A DNA stretch of 64,000 bases, from NCBI RefSeq assembly GCF_052425735.1, contig NC_135761.1:38502001-38566000 (forward strand), read 5' to 3'. The stretch comes from Oculina patagonica. Its lineage: Eukaryota. The notes under the pieces were generated by a model. That model made no database searches and had not been told where the DNA came from. It was given only the letters and a program-made list of their open reading frames with translations. A program made the translations under genes and the position numbers. Of this stretch, positions 62,904 to 64,000 are shown piece by piece. Numbering within the stretch: position 1 is the first letter of the stretch; each line of letters begins with the position of its first letter.

Positions 62904-64000
62904 TATTTTTGCTTTTATTCAACAGTTCAAGAATTCAAGTCTCCACAATATTAAATTTCAAATGCATTTTTAACAGTCAAAACGTATTTATTTTCAGATG
63001 TGTCCATTTTAACCCGTGCTTGAAAAGTTCCAAATGTATTTGTATTGTCTTGTAATGTTTTAAAAAAGAAGTTGTAAAATTAAACACAAATTATTTTTGC
63101 TTTTATTCAACAGTTCAAGAATTTGAGTCTTACAATTTTAAATTTCAAATGCATTTTTAGCAGTCAAAACGTATTAATTTCCAGATGTGTCCATTTTAAC
63201 CCAAGCTTTAAAAGTTCCATTTTAACCCGTGCTTGAAAAGTACCAAATGTATTTGTATTGCCTTCACGAAGCCACTCTTTTTTCTGAACACAATAGCAGG
63301 ATTTATTTGTCCTTTTTCTTGCTAATTGCTGAGATCCTTCAGAGTTTACAATAAAGAAACATTAAGCACAATTCTAAAACCTTACTCTCCCTTTAAACTC
63401 CAATGAAGTTTTCAAATTTTTAAGTTTTATCACCTTTTCTTATACCAGCTGAACAATTTTTTTTGCATTTCAATACATTGTAAAGAAAAAACAAACAACG
63501 CTGTCATCTTTTGTTCCAATAAATTACAGCCATACCTTTTTGCCCTGATAGAAGTTCGGCTTATGTTCCTCTGGTTTGGCCGCCACCATTATGACAAATC
63601 AACCTCTAGTGTTCCTCTCAAGCATTCCTTACTTGCCAAAAATTGTTCATCTGCTACCCTTTGCACTTGAAAGTTCGATTGTGGCCCTCACGAAATATCC
63701 TGTTGAATACTTCCACTCTATTATTTGCGACCAAAATGCCCCTTACAGTACAGCCGATCAGATAACCAAAACCTCTCCTTCTATCTTTGCATCAAAGTAA
63801 AGGCAACAAAATTTCTGACAAATGTTTTTACATGCGAAAACCTACATTTTATCAAAAAAAAAAAACAGCTTAAGGGGGCAAAGCTGAAAGCAGCAGTACT
63901 GCAAGGAATTTCTCAAAATATACTAAGCCAACCGAATGCTTGTTTTTCCAAACAATCTACTGCTGGAGGAAAATGAGAATGGACTCTACTTTTTCTCTTT

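Overview
This window is AT-rich eukaryotic genomic DNA with GT-AG introns and no prokaryotic gene organisation. It is probably a cnidarian or stony-coral-type invertebrate genome (inferred from the mix of repeat families). It is almost entirely a nested graveyard of transposable elements, and I found no intact host gene. The main pieces are: (1) an intact, very young BEL/Pao LTR retrotransposon (13090-19085; identical 135-bp LTRs, GAATG TSD, tRNA-Lys PBS, single gag-pol ORF). (2) A Crypton tyrosine-recombinase transposon (~28570-41229) whose gene is split exactly in frame by a 10.4-kb TIR DNA transposon (29380-39758, CTCA termini, 2-bp CA TSD). (3) That inner element carries a 5-exon DDE-type transposase with RAG1/Transib/CMC-like Zn and catalytic motifs plus a SAP-like domain, and a spliced non-RD protein kinase gene as cargo. 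It is the most unusual system in the window. The window also holds two split-direct-repeat (Ngaro/PAT-type) element remnants, an RTE LINE with a 5' inversion, remnants of Academ, MULE, P-element, IS3-like, CR1/L2, BEL-gag and Penelope elements, a minimal hammerhead ribozyme, a RAG1-N-terminus-like Zn motif, tRNA-derived SINEs, MITEs with TSDs, long palindromes, a minisatellite and several local duplications. All calls are from manual reading; no database searches were run.
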